A program made the translations under genes and the position numbers. Source: the human T2T-CHM13v2.0 reference genome, Homo sapiens. From it: a stretch of 64,000 nt of DNA. Where the stretch lies: the NCBI RefSeq assembly GCF_009914755.1, contig NC_060947.1. One strand, written 5' to 3'. The number at the start of each line of letters is the position of its first letter. Position 1 is the first letter of the stretch. Positions 14,397 to 32,105 of this stretch are shown here, in pieces. The notes beneath the pieces were generated by a model. It was not told the origin of the DNA. It saw only the letters and a program-made list of their open reading frames with translations, and searched no databases.

Positions 14397-15018
14397 AAGT
14401 CTCAAATTGTGTTCAGAGTAATATTCATTATGGAAAGTTGATCTTTATTAAAAACATTTTCCTCTTAAATTGAATGTAAAATGTTATATAAAAGGTTATC
14501 CTTCCTTCATCCGGAAAAATGTATTATCATTGTTAAGGATCTCATTTAATAATTATATCAAATATCTTTAGCCAACTGTTTACTTTGACATTATTCATAT
14601 CTATCAAAGATTAGAAACTATTGATTAACTATTGATTAGGGAATATTGTCACAATCAGAAGTATGAATATTCACTAATCCTCTCATATCAGATATTTCCT
14701 TTAATTGACTTTTCAGCTTTCTTGTGAAAATTTCATTTTCACATTTTGTGTGCACTTGTATTTCCATTCTGATAACATAGATTACAGTCTAGAATAAACA
14801 TTGCTATTTGGCTTATTGGTAGGACACTATTGCTTGACTTTAATTTTCTCAGGACTCAGATGCATGGTTTCTAGCTGGAGAGTTTGGTACAATAATTTTT
14901 TTTTTCCAAATACTTTGGCATTAGATTAAGACTCCTAGAGGAAGAAATACCATAAGAGCTATAAGTCAGTGTGCATACACGAACCCTACCATACCACCGC
15001 CTGCCGGTGAGTACATGT

Positions 15019-16283
15019 AATAAGTGATGCTGGAGTAACTGGCTAGCTATATGCAGAAGATTGAAACTGGGTGTCTTCCTTACACCATGATAAAAATCCA
15101 CTCGAGACAGATTAAAGAATTAAATGTAAAAAAACCTAAAACAATAAAAACCCTGGAAGTTAACCTAGGATACCATTCCAGACATAGGCCCTGGCAAAGA
15201 TTTCTCCAAAAGCAATTGCAACAAAAACAAAAATTGGCAAGTGGGACCTAATTAAACTAAGGAGTTATTGCACAGCAAAAGAAATTATCAACAGAATAAA
15301 CAGACAGCCTACAGAATGGGTGAAAATGTTTGCAAACTGTTCGCTCAACAAAGGTCTAATATCCAGAATTTATAGAGAAATTAAGCAAATTAAGAAGCAA
15401 ATAACAAACTGTCCCATTGAAAAATGCACAAAGGACATGAACAGCCACTTTTCAAAAGAAGACATACATGCGGCCAACAAGCATGTGAAAAAATGCTCAA
15501 CATTATTAATCGTTAGAGAAATGCAAATCAAAACCACAATGAGATACCATCTTACAACAGTCAGAATGGCTATAACTAAAAAGTCAAAAAATAACAGATA
15601 CTGGTGAGATTGGGAGAAAAGGGAACGTTTATACACTGCTGGTAGGAATATAAATTAGTTCAGTCATTGTGGAAAGCAGTGTGGCAATTTCTCAAAGAAC
15701 TTAAAATAGAATTACCATTCAACCCAGCAATCCCATTACTGGGTGTACACCCAAAGGAATATAAATCATTCTACCATAAAGACACACGCATGTGTATGCT
15801 CATCGTAGCACTATTCACAATAGCAAAGCCATGGAATCAACCTAAATGCCCATCAATGGCAGACTGGATAAAGAAAATGTACATATACACCATGGCATAC
15901 TAACTATGCAGTCATAAAAAGAATGAGAACATGTCCTTTGCAGCAACATGGATGCAGCTGGAGGCCATCATCTTTAGCAAACTAACTCAGAAACAGAAAA
16001 ACAAAAACTGCATGTTCTTACTTGTAAATGGGAACTAACCGTGAAGTACACATGACACAAAGAAGGGAATAATAGACACTGGGGCCTACTGGAGGGTGGA
16101 AGATGGGAGGAGGGTGAGGATAAAAAAACTACCTATCTGGTACTATGCTTATTACCTAGGTAACGAAATAATCTGTACACCTAACCTCCGTGACATGCAA
16201 TATACCCATGTAACAAAACTGCACGTGTACCCCCTGAACCTAAAATAAAAGTTGGAAAGAAAAAGGAGTATCTTAAAAAAAGA
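15019..16283 (+). mobile_element. 5'-truncated L1 (L1PA13-16-like), ORF2 C-terminus plus 3' UTR
   Basis: ORF fragments [13 protein letters not shown] and WNQPKCPS; 3' UTR gtactatgcttattacc; TSD core agctataagt at 14957-14966 and 16284-16293. Confidence 0.92.
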
Positions 16284-16489
16284 AGCTATAAGTAAGCAGT
16301 CAAAAATGCTGTCCATGCAATTTTAGCTAGGTCCCTTGCATTTTAGCTACAACAAAATGCCTTTTAAACAAACCAAAAAGACGAAAAAGTAGTTTTTCAT
16401 GAAAAAAGTGTTGTGAGTTTTATCTGGTCAAAAAACTGGTTTCCAAACTTTATGCAACACATTCACCTATTAAGTACAATTGTTGTTTT

Positions 16490-16690
16490 ATTCAAATACT
16501 CTAGTGTCTTATGGTTTACAAATGCTTTCATCTATGTTTTCTCATTTGACTTTTGCAGCAACCCTGCATTGTTATTATATTCCTTTACCGGATGAGAAAT
16601 TGAGGCTCAGAATGTTAAAAAACAAAAAAATCTCTGACAGAGGTAAACAGTATTAGCAAGGTACTGAACCAGAAATGGAAGGCAGAGGAC
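16490..16690 (-). mobile_element. MIR relic
   Basis: cctttaccggatgagaaattgaggctcaga core. Confidence 0.65.
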
Positions 16691-16825
16691 CCATTTAGCT
16701 TGAGTTTTGTGGTTAAATTGAACATGAGAAAGGTCAAGTGTATTAATGCTGCATCAAAACCAAGAGTAGCAAGCAGGTTAATTCTTATGTGCTAACGCTG
16801 ATTGAATCATGACGGCTCTCTAGAC

Positions 16826-17034
16826 CAGGGGTGATCAAACTATGGCCCACAGGCCAGCTGCCTGTTTTTGTAAATATCTTATTGAAACACTGCCACACCC
16901 ATTTGTTTATATAGCTTCTGCTTTTTGCTGCAAATTGCACTCCAACAGCAGAGTTAGTAGTTGCAACAGAGACTATGTTATCCACATGCATAAAATATTT
17001 ACGGACAATTTAATAAAAATTTTGCTGACCCGTG
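16826..17034 (+). mobile_element. MER58A-like hAT-Charlie MITE
   Basis: caggggtgatcaaactatggcccacaggcc...tttgctgacccgtg. Confidence 0.8.
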
Positions 17035-19199
17035 TTCCTGATTACTGAGTTAAGAACGTTTCTGAAGTTAGAGTGGGTCTTCATGATTGATTATCATTGT
17101 GTACCATGGACAAGGAAAGAAGGAAATTGTCTATTACCCTTACATTGCCATCGATAAAATGTTATCTTGATTAGACTGACTGTCATTTTCTGAATATTCT
17201 CTCTCTGCTCCAGTGTGAGATCCTCTGGTTTGCGTTTTGAGAAATTCAGTTTATTAGAATCACTCGGCAATGATAAAACCGCATGATTTGATTCATGCTA
17301 ACTCATCAAATCCCATTTAAGGGTTTTCTGGTGAAACTTGATACAGATCCCAAGTATATGTTTTTCATGTGTGCATATCTATAATACAGTTGATCACAGT
17401 TTTTATTTGGTGTTATACTTTTCTCTTTTCTTTCTTCAGTTAGCGGAAAGGAATCCTCCAAAAAGTCCATGAGCTCGCTACACTTAGGAACCGGTTTTCA
17501 TACATCTTTGAATATCTAAGCATAGTCCTGTGCACAGTACTCTTAGGCATTTAATAAAAATACATTGATAGAAGTGTAGCTTCCTAAACAAAAAGGCAAA
17601 ACATCACTGAGTAAAAGAGATCCCAAAACATGCCTTAACAATAGCCTTTCAGTTAAGCAACCAGAAGCAAAGCATTCCTGAGTGGCAGTTTTAAGAAGCT
17701 ATTTTTAAAAATCAAGGTTTTGCTCACTCTGCTATTCATAAAAGTACAGACTCTCTTGTGTGTTGAATCTACAGCAGGTGGTAAGAATTGACCAATTTTT
17801 TCTCCATTATCTAATAACATAATAACACTACCTTAAATGTTAATAACTTCCTTCTATTAATGTGCTTAAAGCCTTTTGAGAGATAATTATTTTTTTCAAT
17901 AAAACACTCCTCAGAGAGGAGGAGTAAGAAAAGGTATTGCTATTCTATTGTTACAGATTGAGAGACTGAGGCATGCAATTATTTCATAGCTCATTTTGTT
18001 TCAGAGATTATTATTCAAGTAAACCAGATAAGTGACTTAATATAAATTTCACAGTATCTGTGTTCTTGGCAAAATCTATGTATTCTCTCTCCAGTTGCTT
18101 GGATAGAGATGAGCTCATAATACATTTCTTGAACTACAAATAGAAAAATAGCAAGTATATATAATTTATAAATATTATATATTTTATGTTATATATTAAA
18201 TTCATATATATAATTATATATACACATATTCTCAAATGCCTGCTGTCTTTTGGTTTTTTAAGTTAAAAATGCTATAGCAAATATTCCTTCACACTTTTTT
18301 TTATTAGTGCTGGTTGGTATTTTCTCAACTACATAAAATTGGTATGACAAAATTAATCAGCTTTACCAAAAAGTAAGATTTTTTTTCACTTTCAAAAGTT
18401 GCTAAAATGTCTTTTTAAACTCTGCAAATGTGTATTTCCAGATTTGACAACTCAAAATTTCCCTCTAATGTATGCTTTCCTCTAGAAGAAGAGGTACTAA
18501 CTATAGCAAGCAACTTACATATGTATAGTTTTTTGTTTTAAATGCGCATCAAAGTTCCCTTTACCAGGACATGTAAAGCATGTATAGCACACACAGACAA
18601 GTGAGCATAGAGTATTGCAGCTGATGGAAACTGAAAAACACCAGAGTCCCACTCCTTAAAGATGAGTGGCCTGAGGCCCAAAGAAGTGAACAATGTGTGA
18701 GTGAAATAGGCTGGGTCAAATAATCATGTAAAAAGCAACAGAAACAACCTTGATGCAGCTAGGGCATGGAGGGAAGGAAAACAGTATCAGCAGTACCATG
18801 AGGAAGTAGAACCTTGGGAAAATAATCTGAGATAAGAGACAAGAAAATGGAATCTAGTCTCAATTGATTAAAAAGTAATTGATTATCTCCCTAGCACTCA
18901 TGTTATTTTTTCTATAAAATACAAATTGTTCTACCAACATATTCAGTATCATTGGAGTTCAGATGTCAGCATGTGAATAAGAATGTGAGTGAGTTCTTGC
19001 TTCTCAAGAATCTGGTACCATTCTTCTTGAGATCCATATTCATATCTACCTTGGTCTTTCTCATGTCAGGTTTCTGCCATTTGCAGAACTGGTTTAAGGA
19101 TTTTATATTCGCCTTAACATCTGAAACTCTAAGACTTCAAGGACACAGAGTTATGGACTCTAAACTCAAATGACCTAGATATAAAAATGAATCAGTCAT

Positions 19200-19662
19200 T
19201 AACAAAGGTATCAGATGCCTCTGTTTTCCCATGCCACATTTCTATACCCACAAGTGATTTCAGCCACAGCTGCTGTGAACATCTTCTCACAAACTCAATT
19301 TCTCCTTTACTGTACATAATTTCCAGCTGCAGGAGTTCACTTGGTCTGCCAGCAAGTGCAGCCCACAAGTGTAGGGTTAAGGCCCTCTGTGCCAACACTC
19401 AACCAATGTGGATGAGAGCTGGTGGATAAATGCTCTAGTCTCTGACTCTTCTGGTGGACAACTTGGGGTAGCATTCTATTTGTTTTGTGGATCTTGGTAG
19501 AATTGAGCCCTGTTACCCAAAGCGGTTACCTTGATAAGACACACTTACATTGGCTTTTCATCCTTATCATCCTTTCCTGTTTGGCTCCTCCATTTCCTTC
19601 CACCTAAGCCCTAGGATCATCTAAAATGCATGCAAAAACCTTGCCTCAGCCTCTGCTTTGCT
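19200..19662 (+). mobile_element. LTR16-like ERVL LTR
   Basis: caaccaatg...ggtggataaatgctc...gagccctgttacccaaagcggttaccttgataagacac...ccttgcctcagcctctgc. Confidence 0.65.
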
Positions 19663-19931
19663 AATTCCGTGTTTAATTTTTTGAGGAACTGCCATACCAT
19701 TTTTTGTAGTGGCTGCACCATTTTAAATTCTCACTAGCAATGCACAAATATTCCAATTTCTGCACATCCTCGCAAACACTTGTTATTTTCTTTTTTTTTT
19801 TTTTGATAATAGCCATCCTAATGGGTGTGAAATGATATCTCACCATGGTTATGATTGGCACCTCCATGATAATTCGAGATGTTGAGCATCTTTTCATATG
19901 CTTATTGGCTATTCCTCTGTCTTCTTTGGAG

Positions 19932-21756
19932 GAGTACGGATAATAATACCAAAAGAAATAATCCCAAACACTACAAAACCAAGTGTTGAAATCCCAGTAG
20001 ACCAAAATCTCTAAAGTCTAAATCCTGAAAGTCTAAAATCCCCAATGTCTAAAATCCTGAAAATCAGAATCACAAAAGATTCAAATCCCAAATGTTGAAA
20101 TTGTGAAAGCTGAATTCTGGGGAAGGAATTAATGCATTTTTGTTTGTGCACAGGATAGTGACATTGTGTTAGTTGCATCATGTAAGGTAGAACTATTACC
20201 TTGTTATTGTCTTCATTTGCATTGGGCGGAAAATTCAGAGGAGCGGATTGGCCATGCAATAAGGCAATGATGAAAAATTCAGTTTACAAATGTGTCATTT
20301 GTCTGAATTGGCATGTCTTCCAGCTGATGAAATTCCTAGAGCTTTTAATGAGTTAAAGCTGCATTTGATGAAGAAGCCAGCAAATTACTGACTGGTTTTA
20401 AAATAATTATGTGCATGATAGGATAAGAAGACATTTAGGCAATGGTGTTGCTGTTCAATCACCAGTATTGTTTCTACCATATTTGTGATTTGTATATGAG
20501 TGCATGCAGGATGGCTTTTCCTGTATCCAAAACAACATAGAAGCATGGCAGCATAGAAGATGGGAAGATTTAATGTATATTGAATCACAGATAAATTTCA
20601 ATAATAGCAGTGCCATGTAGAAAATGGATGTGAACATATTCTCTGAGGTCAGCCATGCCCTAAATGAAAAAAAGCAGCTATTCATTGTGATGAAAGATTT
20701 CACAATATAGTTAATGATCATGAAAGCTGGCCAGCTCTTATGGACTACCTTCATACAATGATCCAGAATCTATCCCTGTAATTTATTTTTTCATATGTTG
20801 AATTTTCTTTTTAGTTTTTTAAAAATGTTTTTAGTTTTTTCACTATTTCAAATAGGTTTTATATTATTTTTTACAATTCGCTATGCTATGTATTTCATCT
20901 TCACATCATTTCCACTACTGAAGGTATAAATTATGTGGAGATTTTTAGAGAGTTCTAATAAGTATTATGCATTTTTACAAATTCGACTCCACAAAAGTGC
21001 ATTATCACAACATTGACTTTGTGTGCAAGCATTGCACATGTATGTAAAAACGCCAAAACTTCCCCAATATATGAAGAGATGTCCTTTTTGTATATCTGCA
21101 TTTGCAAAGTTAAAATTTCTCAAGATCTTGGCTCTTTGGGTGACTGCATATGTGGTGGTAACCGATGGTGGTTTTTTATTTGTCTAGTCAAAAGACCGGT
21201 TGTTTCTCATGGTATTTCATAACCACAATTATAAAGCTGAGTGTACACGGTTACCAACCATAGTGATATGCATTTGTACATTTTTTCTTTTGCCCTGTCT
21301 ATTTCTTTATAAATATGGTTCATCTGACCATAGCTGTTATACCCATGTGACTGTTGTTAGTATATATGTTTATATTTGCAAAAACGTGTATGTTATTATT
21401 GCCTAATTAATTGTGTAAAGTAGCCTATGAAGTGTTGTGTTTTTATATGTTTCTCAAATAAATCCTCTTTTTAAAATGTGAATAAACATTTAAGTTATTT
21501 CTTAAATTATTTTTTCAGAACTCTATTTTCAGGATTTTTATCTTTCAGGATTGTGATTTTGGGGATTTTAGACTTTAAAGATTTTAACCCTTCAATATTT
21601 CAACATTTGAGATTATGGCCTCAGGCTTGCAAGAGTGTAGCCCTGAGTTCTCCTAAAAGTAACAATTCAGTAATCACTAATTCAGTGTTTGGAACTAGCG
21701 AATTCTCCCTCTTTGGAGAAGTGTCCATTCCCTTTCAGGAATTATGGTTGGCTCCC
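19932..21756 (+). mobile_element. Ricksha-like MULE/MuDR DNA transposon with decayed transposase fragment
   Basis: Long TIRs built of aaatcc/ggattt subrepeats; exact 9-bp TSD tctttggag at 19923-19931 and 21757-21765; residual peptide ...IQNNIEAWQHRRW near 20525-20563. Confidence 0.88.
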
Positions 21757-21865
21757 TCTTTGGAGGAGTGTCTATTCAAAATTCCTTTGCCCATTTTTTC
21801 AGTAAATTGTTTGATTATTTTTTCTTGATATGTAGGAGTTCTTCATATATATACTAGATACTAAT

Positions 21866-21889
21866 CATATATATATATGTGTGTGTGTG

Positions 21890-21928
<39 letters not shown>
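21866..21928. repeat. (TA)n(TG)n(TA)n(CA)n compound microsatellite
   Basis: Direct inspection. Confidence 0.95.
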
Positions 21929-22090
21929 TGAATACTAATCCTTTATCTTCTGCCATCTGTGGATTGCCTTTTCACTCTGTTGGTAGTGTCCTTTAAAACT
22001 CAAAGTTTTTAAATGTTGATGTAGTCCAATCTAGATATTTTTTCTTCAGTTTTTTGTGTTTTGAGTGTCTGCTCAACATTTCCTGTGTCT

Positions 22091-22296
22091 CAGGAAGGGG
22101 AACATCACACACCCGGGACTGTTGTGGGGTGGGGGAGCGGGGAGGGATAGCATTAGGAGATATACCTAATGCTAAATGACGAGTTAATGGGTGCAGCACA
22201 CCAACATGGCACATGTATACATATGTAACAAACCTGCACGTTGTGCACATGTACCCTAAAACTTAAAGTGTAATAATAATAAAATTTAAAAAAAAA
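22091..22296 (+). mobile_element. Short young L1 3' end (L1PA3-like)
   Basis: gatagcattaggagatatacctaatgctaaatgacgagttaatgggtgcagcacaccaacatggcac; TSD catttcYtgtgtct at 22077-22090 and 22298-22311. Confidence 0.93.
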
Positions 22297-22399
22297 CCAT
22301 TTCTTGTGTCTAATTCATAGGAGGCTCTTGAAAAATATTTATTGAATCAAAGACAGAGAACTATTGAAAGACACGTAGATAGTGCCATAGATGTAGATA

Positions 22400-23082
22400 C
22401 AATTGATTCTTGTTACTCATAGCAGTTATGCTCTATAAATTCTCTGTGAACATTGAATTAGTGAATACTGAATGATTACTTTTAGGAGAACACAGGCTTC
22501 TTGCAAGCCTCTGGTCAAAACATTTTCATCAACTTAATCAATAATCTTGTTTTCTGTGTATTTCTATTGAAAGACAACTTATTTAATATGTATTGTTGAT
22601 TCATTAACATTGAACTTCTAACAGCGCTATAACTCATACCTGAATGAAGATTACCTAACACACATTCATACCTGAATGAAGATTACCTAACACACGTATT
22701 TTCTCCATAATATTTGTCACAACATTTTTGCACTTAGGAATACTAAGCAAAGCTTCAGAACTGTGCTTGAGGGCCATTTTAAACAGCAAAATTACCAACA
22801 AAAAGCACGAAAATACAAAAACAAAAACATTGCATCTAATAGACCTTGAAAAGGACACTTGTTTAGTGTGAGACACGAGAGCTGAAACAAGAAAGCACAG
22901 CATCGCTTTCTTCAACGTCAGCTGGGAACATTAATGTTGGGTGACTCAAATTTTTTGCCACTCTGAATATGCCCACAAATGAAAACAGCAGTGCCAAAAG
23001 TATTGATTTGGGGAATACAAATAAATTTTAGTAAGTGGGCAAATTTGCAAATACAGAATCCATGAATAATAAAAACAAATTG
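22400..23082. mobile_element. MER82-like TcMar-Tigger element
   Basis: caattgattcttgttactc...gaataataaaaacaaattg termini with TA on both flanks. Confidence 0.8.
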
Positions 23083-23084
23083 TA

Positions 23085-23240
23085 TTAATATAGTTATGTA
23101 GACACAGATATAGTCATAGATATATAGATATAGATATATTCATACACATAACCATAGATATATAGCTATAACCATAGACATTGTCATAGACACAAACACA
23201 TATAGTAGACGCAGACAACAATACACATACACATCTATGT
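23085..23240. repeat. Low-complexity tagata/cata repeat
   Basis: Direct inspection. Confidence 0.7.
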
Positions 23241-23269
23241 ACTCACCAGATTGACAAACATTGACAATA

Positions 23270-23601
23270 TATAATATTTGGGAAATGGTGAGTAAACAAG
23301 CTCTTTCATAGAATCTTAATGTGAACACAAATTACTACAAATATTAGAAAGGACATGTGGAAATATCTATCAAAAATTTAAAAGTGCATATATTTCATCA
23401 AGTAATCTACTTTTAGAAATCAATCATATTAAAATAATAATAAAAGTCAGCATTTTTACAAGTACAAGCATCTTCAAATCTGACATTATTTCCAATCATA
23501 AAAACTAAAAAATGACCAAAACAACCCTCAAGAGAAACTGGCTAAATACATTAAAGTGCATCCATACAATGAAATATTGTGCAGTTGTTAAAAAGAAATG
23601 G
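23270..23601 (+). mobile_element. Ancient L1ME-like fragment, host of the L1PA7; appears to resume after 30820
   Basis: catccatacaatgaaatattgtgcagttgttaaaaagaa motif. Confidence 0.6.
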
Positions 23602-24184
23602 CTCTCTGGGTAGGACATCTCTGAAAGAAAGGCAGCAGCTCCAGTCAGTGGCTTATAGATAAATCTCCCATCTCCCTGGGACAGAGCACCTGGGGGAAGG
23701 GGTGGCTGTGGGCACAGCTTCAGCAGACTTAAACGTTTCTGCCTGCTGGCTCTGAAGAGAGCAGCAGATCTCTCAGCACAGTGCTCAAGCTCTGCTAAGG
23801 GACAGACTGCCTCCTCAAGTGGGTCCCTGACCCCTGTGCCTACTGATGGGGAGACACCTCCCAGCAGGGGTCAACAGACACCTCATACAGGAGATCTCTG
23901 GCTGGCATCTGGCAGGTGCCCCTCTGGGACGAAGTTTCCAGAGAAAGGAACAGGCAGCAATCTTTGCTGTTGTGCAGCCTCCGCTGGTGATACCCAGGCA
24001 AACAGGGTCTGGAGTGGACCTCCAGCAAACTCCAGCAGACCTGCAGCAGAGGGGCCTGACTGTTAGGAGGAAAACTAACAAACAGAAAGGAATAGCAACA
24101 ACATCAACAAAAAGGATGTCCACACAGAAACCCCATCTGAAAGGTCACCCATATTAAAGACCAAAGGTAGATAAATCCATGAAG

Positions 24185-25205
24185 ATGAGGAAAAAACAGC
24201 ACAAAAAGGCTGAAAATTCCCAAAACCAGAATGCCTCTTCTCCTCCAAAGGATCACAACTCCTCACCAGCAAGGGAGCAAAACTAGATGGAGAATGAGTT
24301 TGACGAATTGACACAAGTAGGCTTCAGAAGGTGGGTAATAACAAACTCCTCCGAGGAAAAAGGGCATGTTCTAACCCAATGCAAGGAAGCTAAGAACCTT
24401 GAAAAAGGTTAGAGGAACTGCTAACTAGAATAATCAGTTTAGAGAAGAACATAAATGACATGATGGAGCTGAAAAACACAGGATGAGAGCTTCGTGAAGC
24501 ATACGCAAGTATCAATAGCTGAATCAATCAAGTGGAAGAAAGGATATCAGAGGTTGAAGATCAACTTAATGAAATAAAGCGTGAAGAAAAGATTAGAGAA
24601 AAAAGAATGAAAAGGAACAAAAAAAGCCTCCAAGAAATATGGGACTATGTGAAAAGACCAAACCTACGTTTGATTTGTGTACCTGAAAGTGATGGGGAGA
24701 ATGGAACCAAGTTGGAAAACACTCTTCAGGATATTACCCAGGAGAACTTCCCCAACCTAGCAAGACAGGTCAACATTCAAATTTAGGAAACACAGAGAAC
24801 ACCACAAAGATACTCCTCAAAAAGAGCAACCCCAAGACACATAACCATCAGATTCACGAAGGTTGAAATGAAGGAAAAATTGTTAAGGGCAGCCAGAGAG
24901 AAAGGTCAGGTTACCCACAAAGGGAAGCCCATCAGACTAACAGCAGATCTCTCTGCAGAAACCCTACAAGCCAGAAGAGAGTGGGGGCCAATATTCAACA
25001 TTCTTAAAGAAAAGAATTTTCAACCCAGAATTTCATATCCAGCCAAACTAAGCTTCATAAGCAAAGGAGAAATAAAATCTTTTACAGACAAGCAAATGCT
25101 GAGAGATTTTGTCACCACCAGGTCTGCCTTACAAGAGCTCCTGAAGGAAACACTACATATGAAAAAAAATGGTACCAGCCACTGCAAAAACATACCAAAT
25201 TGTAA
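24185..25205 (+). pseudogene. Disrupted L1 ORF1p
   Basis: SLQEIWDYVKRPNLRLI, ARREWGPIFNILKEKNFQPRISYPAKLSF; in-frame stops and frameshifts. Confidence 0.93.
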
Positions 25206-25268
25206 AGACCATTGACACTGTGAAAAAACTGCATCAACTAATGAGCAAAATGACCAGCTAGCATCATA

Positions 25269-30606
<5,338 letters not shown>

Positions 30607-31189
30607 ACAATGAGAACACATGGACACAGGGAGGGGAACATCACACACTGGTGCCTCTATGGGGATGGGGACTAGGGGAGGGATAGCATTAGGAGAAATA
30701 CCTAATGTAAATGACGGGTTGATGGGTGCAAGAAACCACCGTGGCACATGTATACCTATGTAACAAACCTTCACATTCTGCACATGTACCCCAGAACTTA
30801 AAGTATAATTTTTAAAAAAAGAATGAGGATAATAATTTTTTAACCAGTAAATAAATTTTAACCAGTAAATAAAATTTTCCAATTTTAAGAATGGATATGT
30901 GTTACTACTGACAAGAAAATGTCATATATAAAAAGATAAACATGGCATTCCATAAAAAATAAATATAAATTATCCAAAAAAAAAGGAAATGATCTGCAAG
31001 TGGAGACATGTAAAGAGCATCATAATATGTGTGAAATAGATAAAGGAATTTTATTAATGTGTGTAAATTATGAAACAGCCTTGTAGAATCCAAATATATG
31101 TTTACATATCATTCATTTAGTGTGAACATTTATTGATTTTATAAACATAAGAGACCCGAAATCAAAACAGCGGTTATTTCTGAGTCCTA

Positions 31190-32105
31190 TGCTGAATTTT
31201 TGCTCTCAGATCCCTCCCCAACCTCTCTCTGCCCTTTTCTGGACTACAAGAAACTACATTTCTCCCTGTCTCTTTCCCTCTTCCTTCATGGTAAGTTCAG
31301 GTAATTGGAGCTAATGTTGGAAGTCTAGAGGGCGGAAGGTGAAAAGAAGCTAAGGTTTTTCTACTCACTCACTGCTTTGGGCTTTGTCTTCATCAGCAGA
31401 TTAGTTCCTTTGCTCCACCTCTCTCTAGCCAGTCTTTTCCTTCATGGCCCCATTTTTCACCAGGCTGACCTATGATAGTTCCAGCTTCCACCATCAGCTC
31501 TTGGTCTCCAATAATGCTGCCCTTCCCTTTGTCCCTTCAGCCTAGGTATGGCATCAGTTTCTGCTTTCAATGTCCAGACTTCCTTATGCCCCTTCTTTGG
31601 ATCCTCAGTGTGTCAATCACCCTTGTAACTCTCTGAATTAGTCTGTTCTCACACTGCTAATAGAGACGTACCCAAGACTGGGTAATGTATAAAGGAAAGA
31701 GGTTTCATGGACTCACAGTTCCACATGGCTGGGGAGGACTCACAATCATGGCAGAAGGTGAGTGAGGAGCAAAGGCACATCTTAAATGGCAAGAGAGCTT
31801 GTGCAGGGAACGTCCCATTTATAAAGCCATCAGATCTTATGATACTTATTCACTGCCACGAAACAGTATGGGGGAGCCACCCCCATGATTCAATGATCTC
31901 CACCTGGTCCTGCCCTTGACACATGGGGATTATTACAATTCAAGGTGAGATTTGGGTGGGGACACAGCCAAACCATATCAGTCTCTGTATGAAATTTCGG
32001 CTCTTTAAAATCCCTATAGTGTATTTGCCAATTAAAACAAATTAATTAATTTTAAAATAAATAAATAAAACACCCACAGTAGTTTCTCTTTTCTGACAGG
32101 ACACA
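31190..32105 (+). mobile_element. LTR33-like ERVL LTR interrupted by THE1
   Basis: cccttcagcctaggtatggcatcagtttctgc...cacccttgtaact; resumes after 31980; boundaries approximate. Confidence 0.55.
31634..31980 (-). mobile_element. THE1 (THE1B/C-like) solo LTR
   Basis: tgaattagtctgttctcac...gacacagccaaaccatatca; near-TSD ctctc/gtctc. Confidence 0.9.

Larger units (their letters stand above)
19668..22070 (-). mobile_element. Old L1M (L1MB-like) ORF2 C-terminal fragment, split by Ricksha
   Basis: Halves 19668-19931 and 21757-22070; minus ORF has ANKHMKRCSTS...MVRYHFTPIRMAIIK. Confidence 0.85.

Noticed and set aside
17418-17560. Polypyrimidine tract plus AG (17438-17439) and downstream AATAAA as a terminal exon
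   Set aside because: Downstream sequence resembles an L2 3' end, such motifs are frequent by chance, and there is no ORF.
19940-20120. Short repeated aaatcc units resembling a CRISPR or iteron array
   Set aside because: Irregular spacing, no unique spacers, mirrored at 21530-21618; these are Ricksha TIR subrepeats in mammalian DNA.
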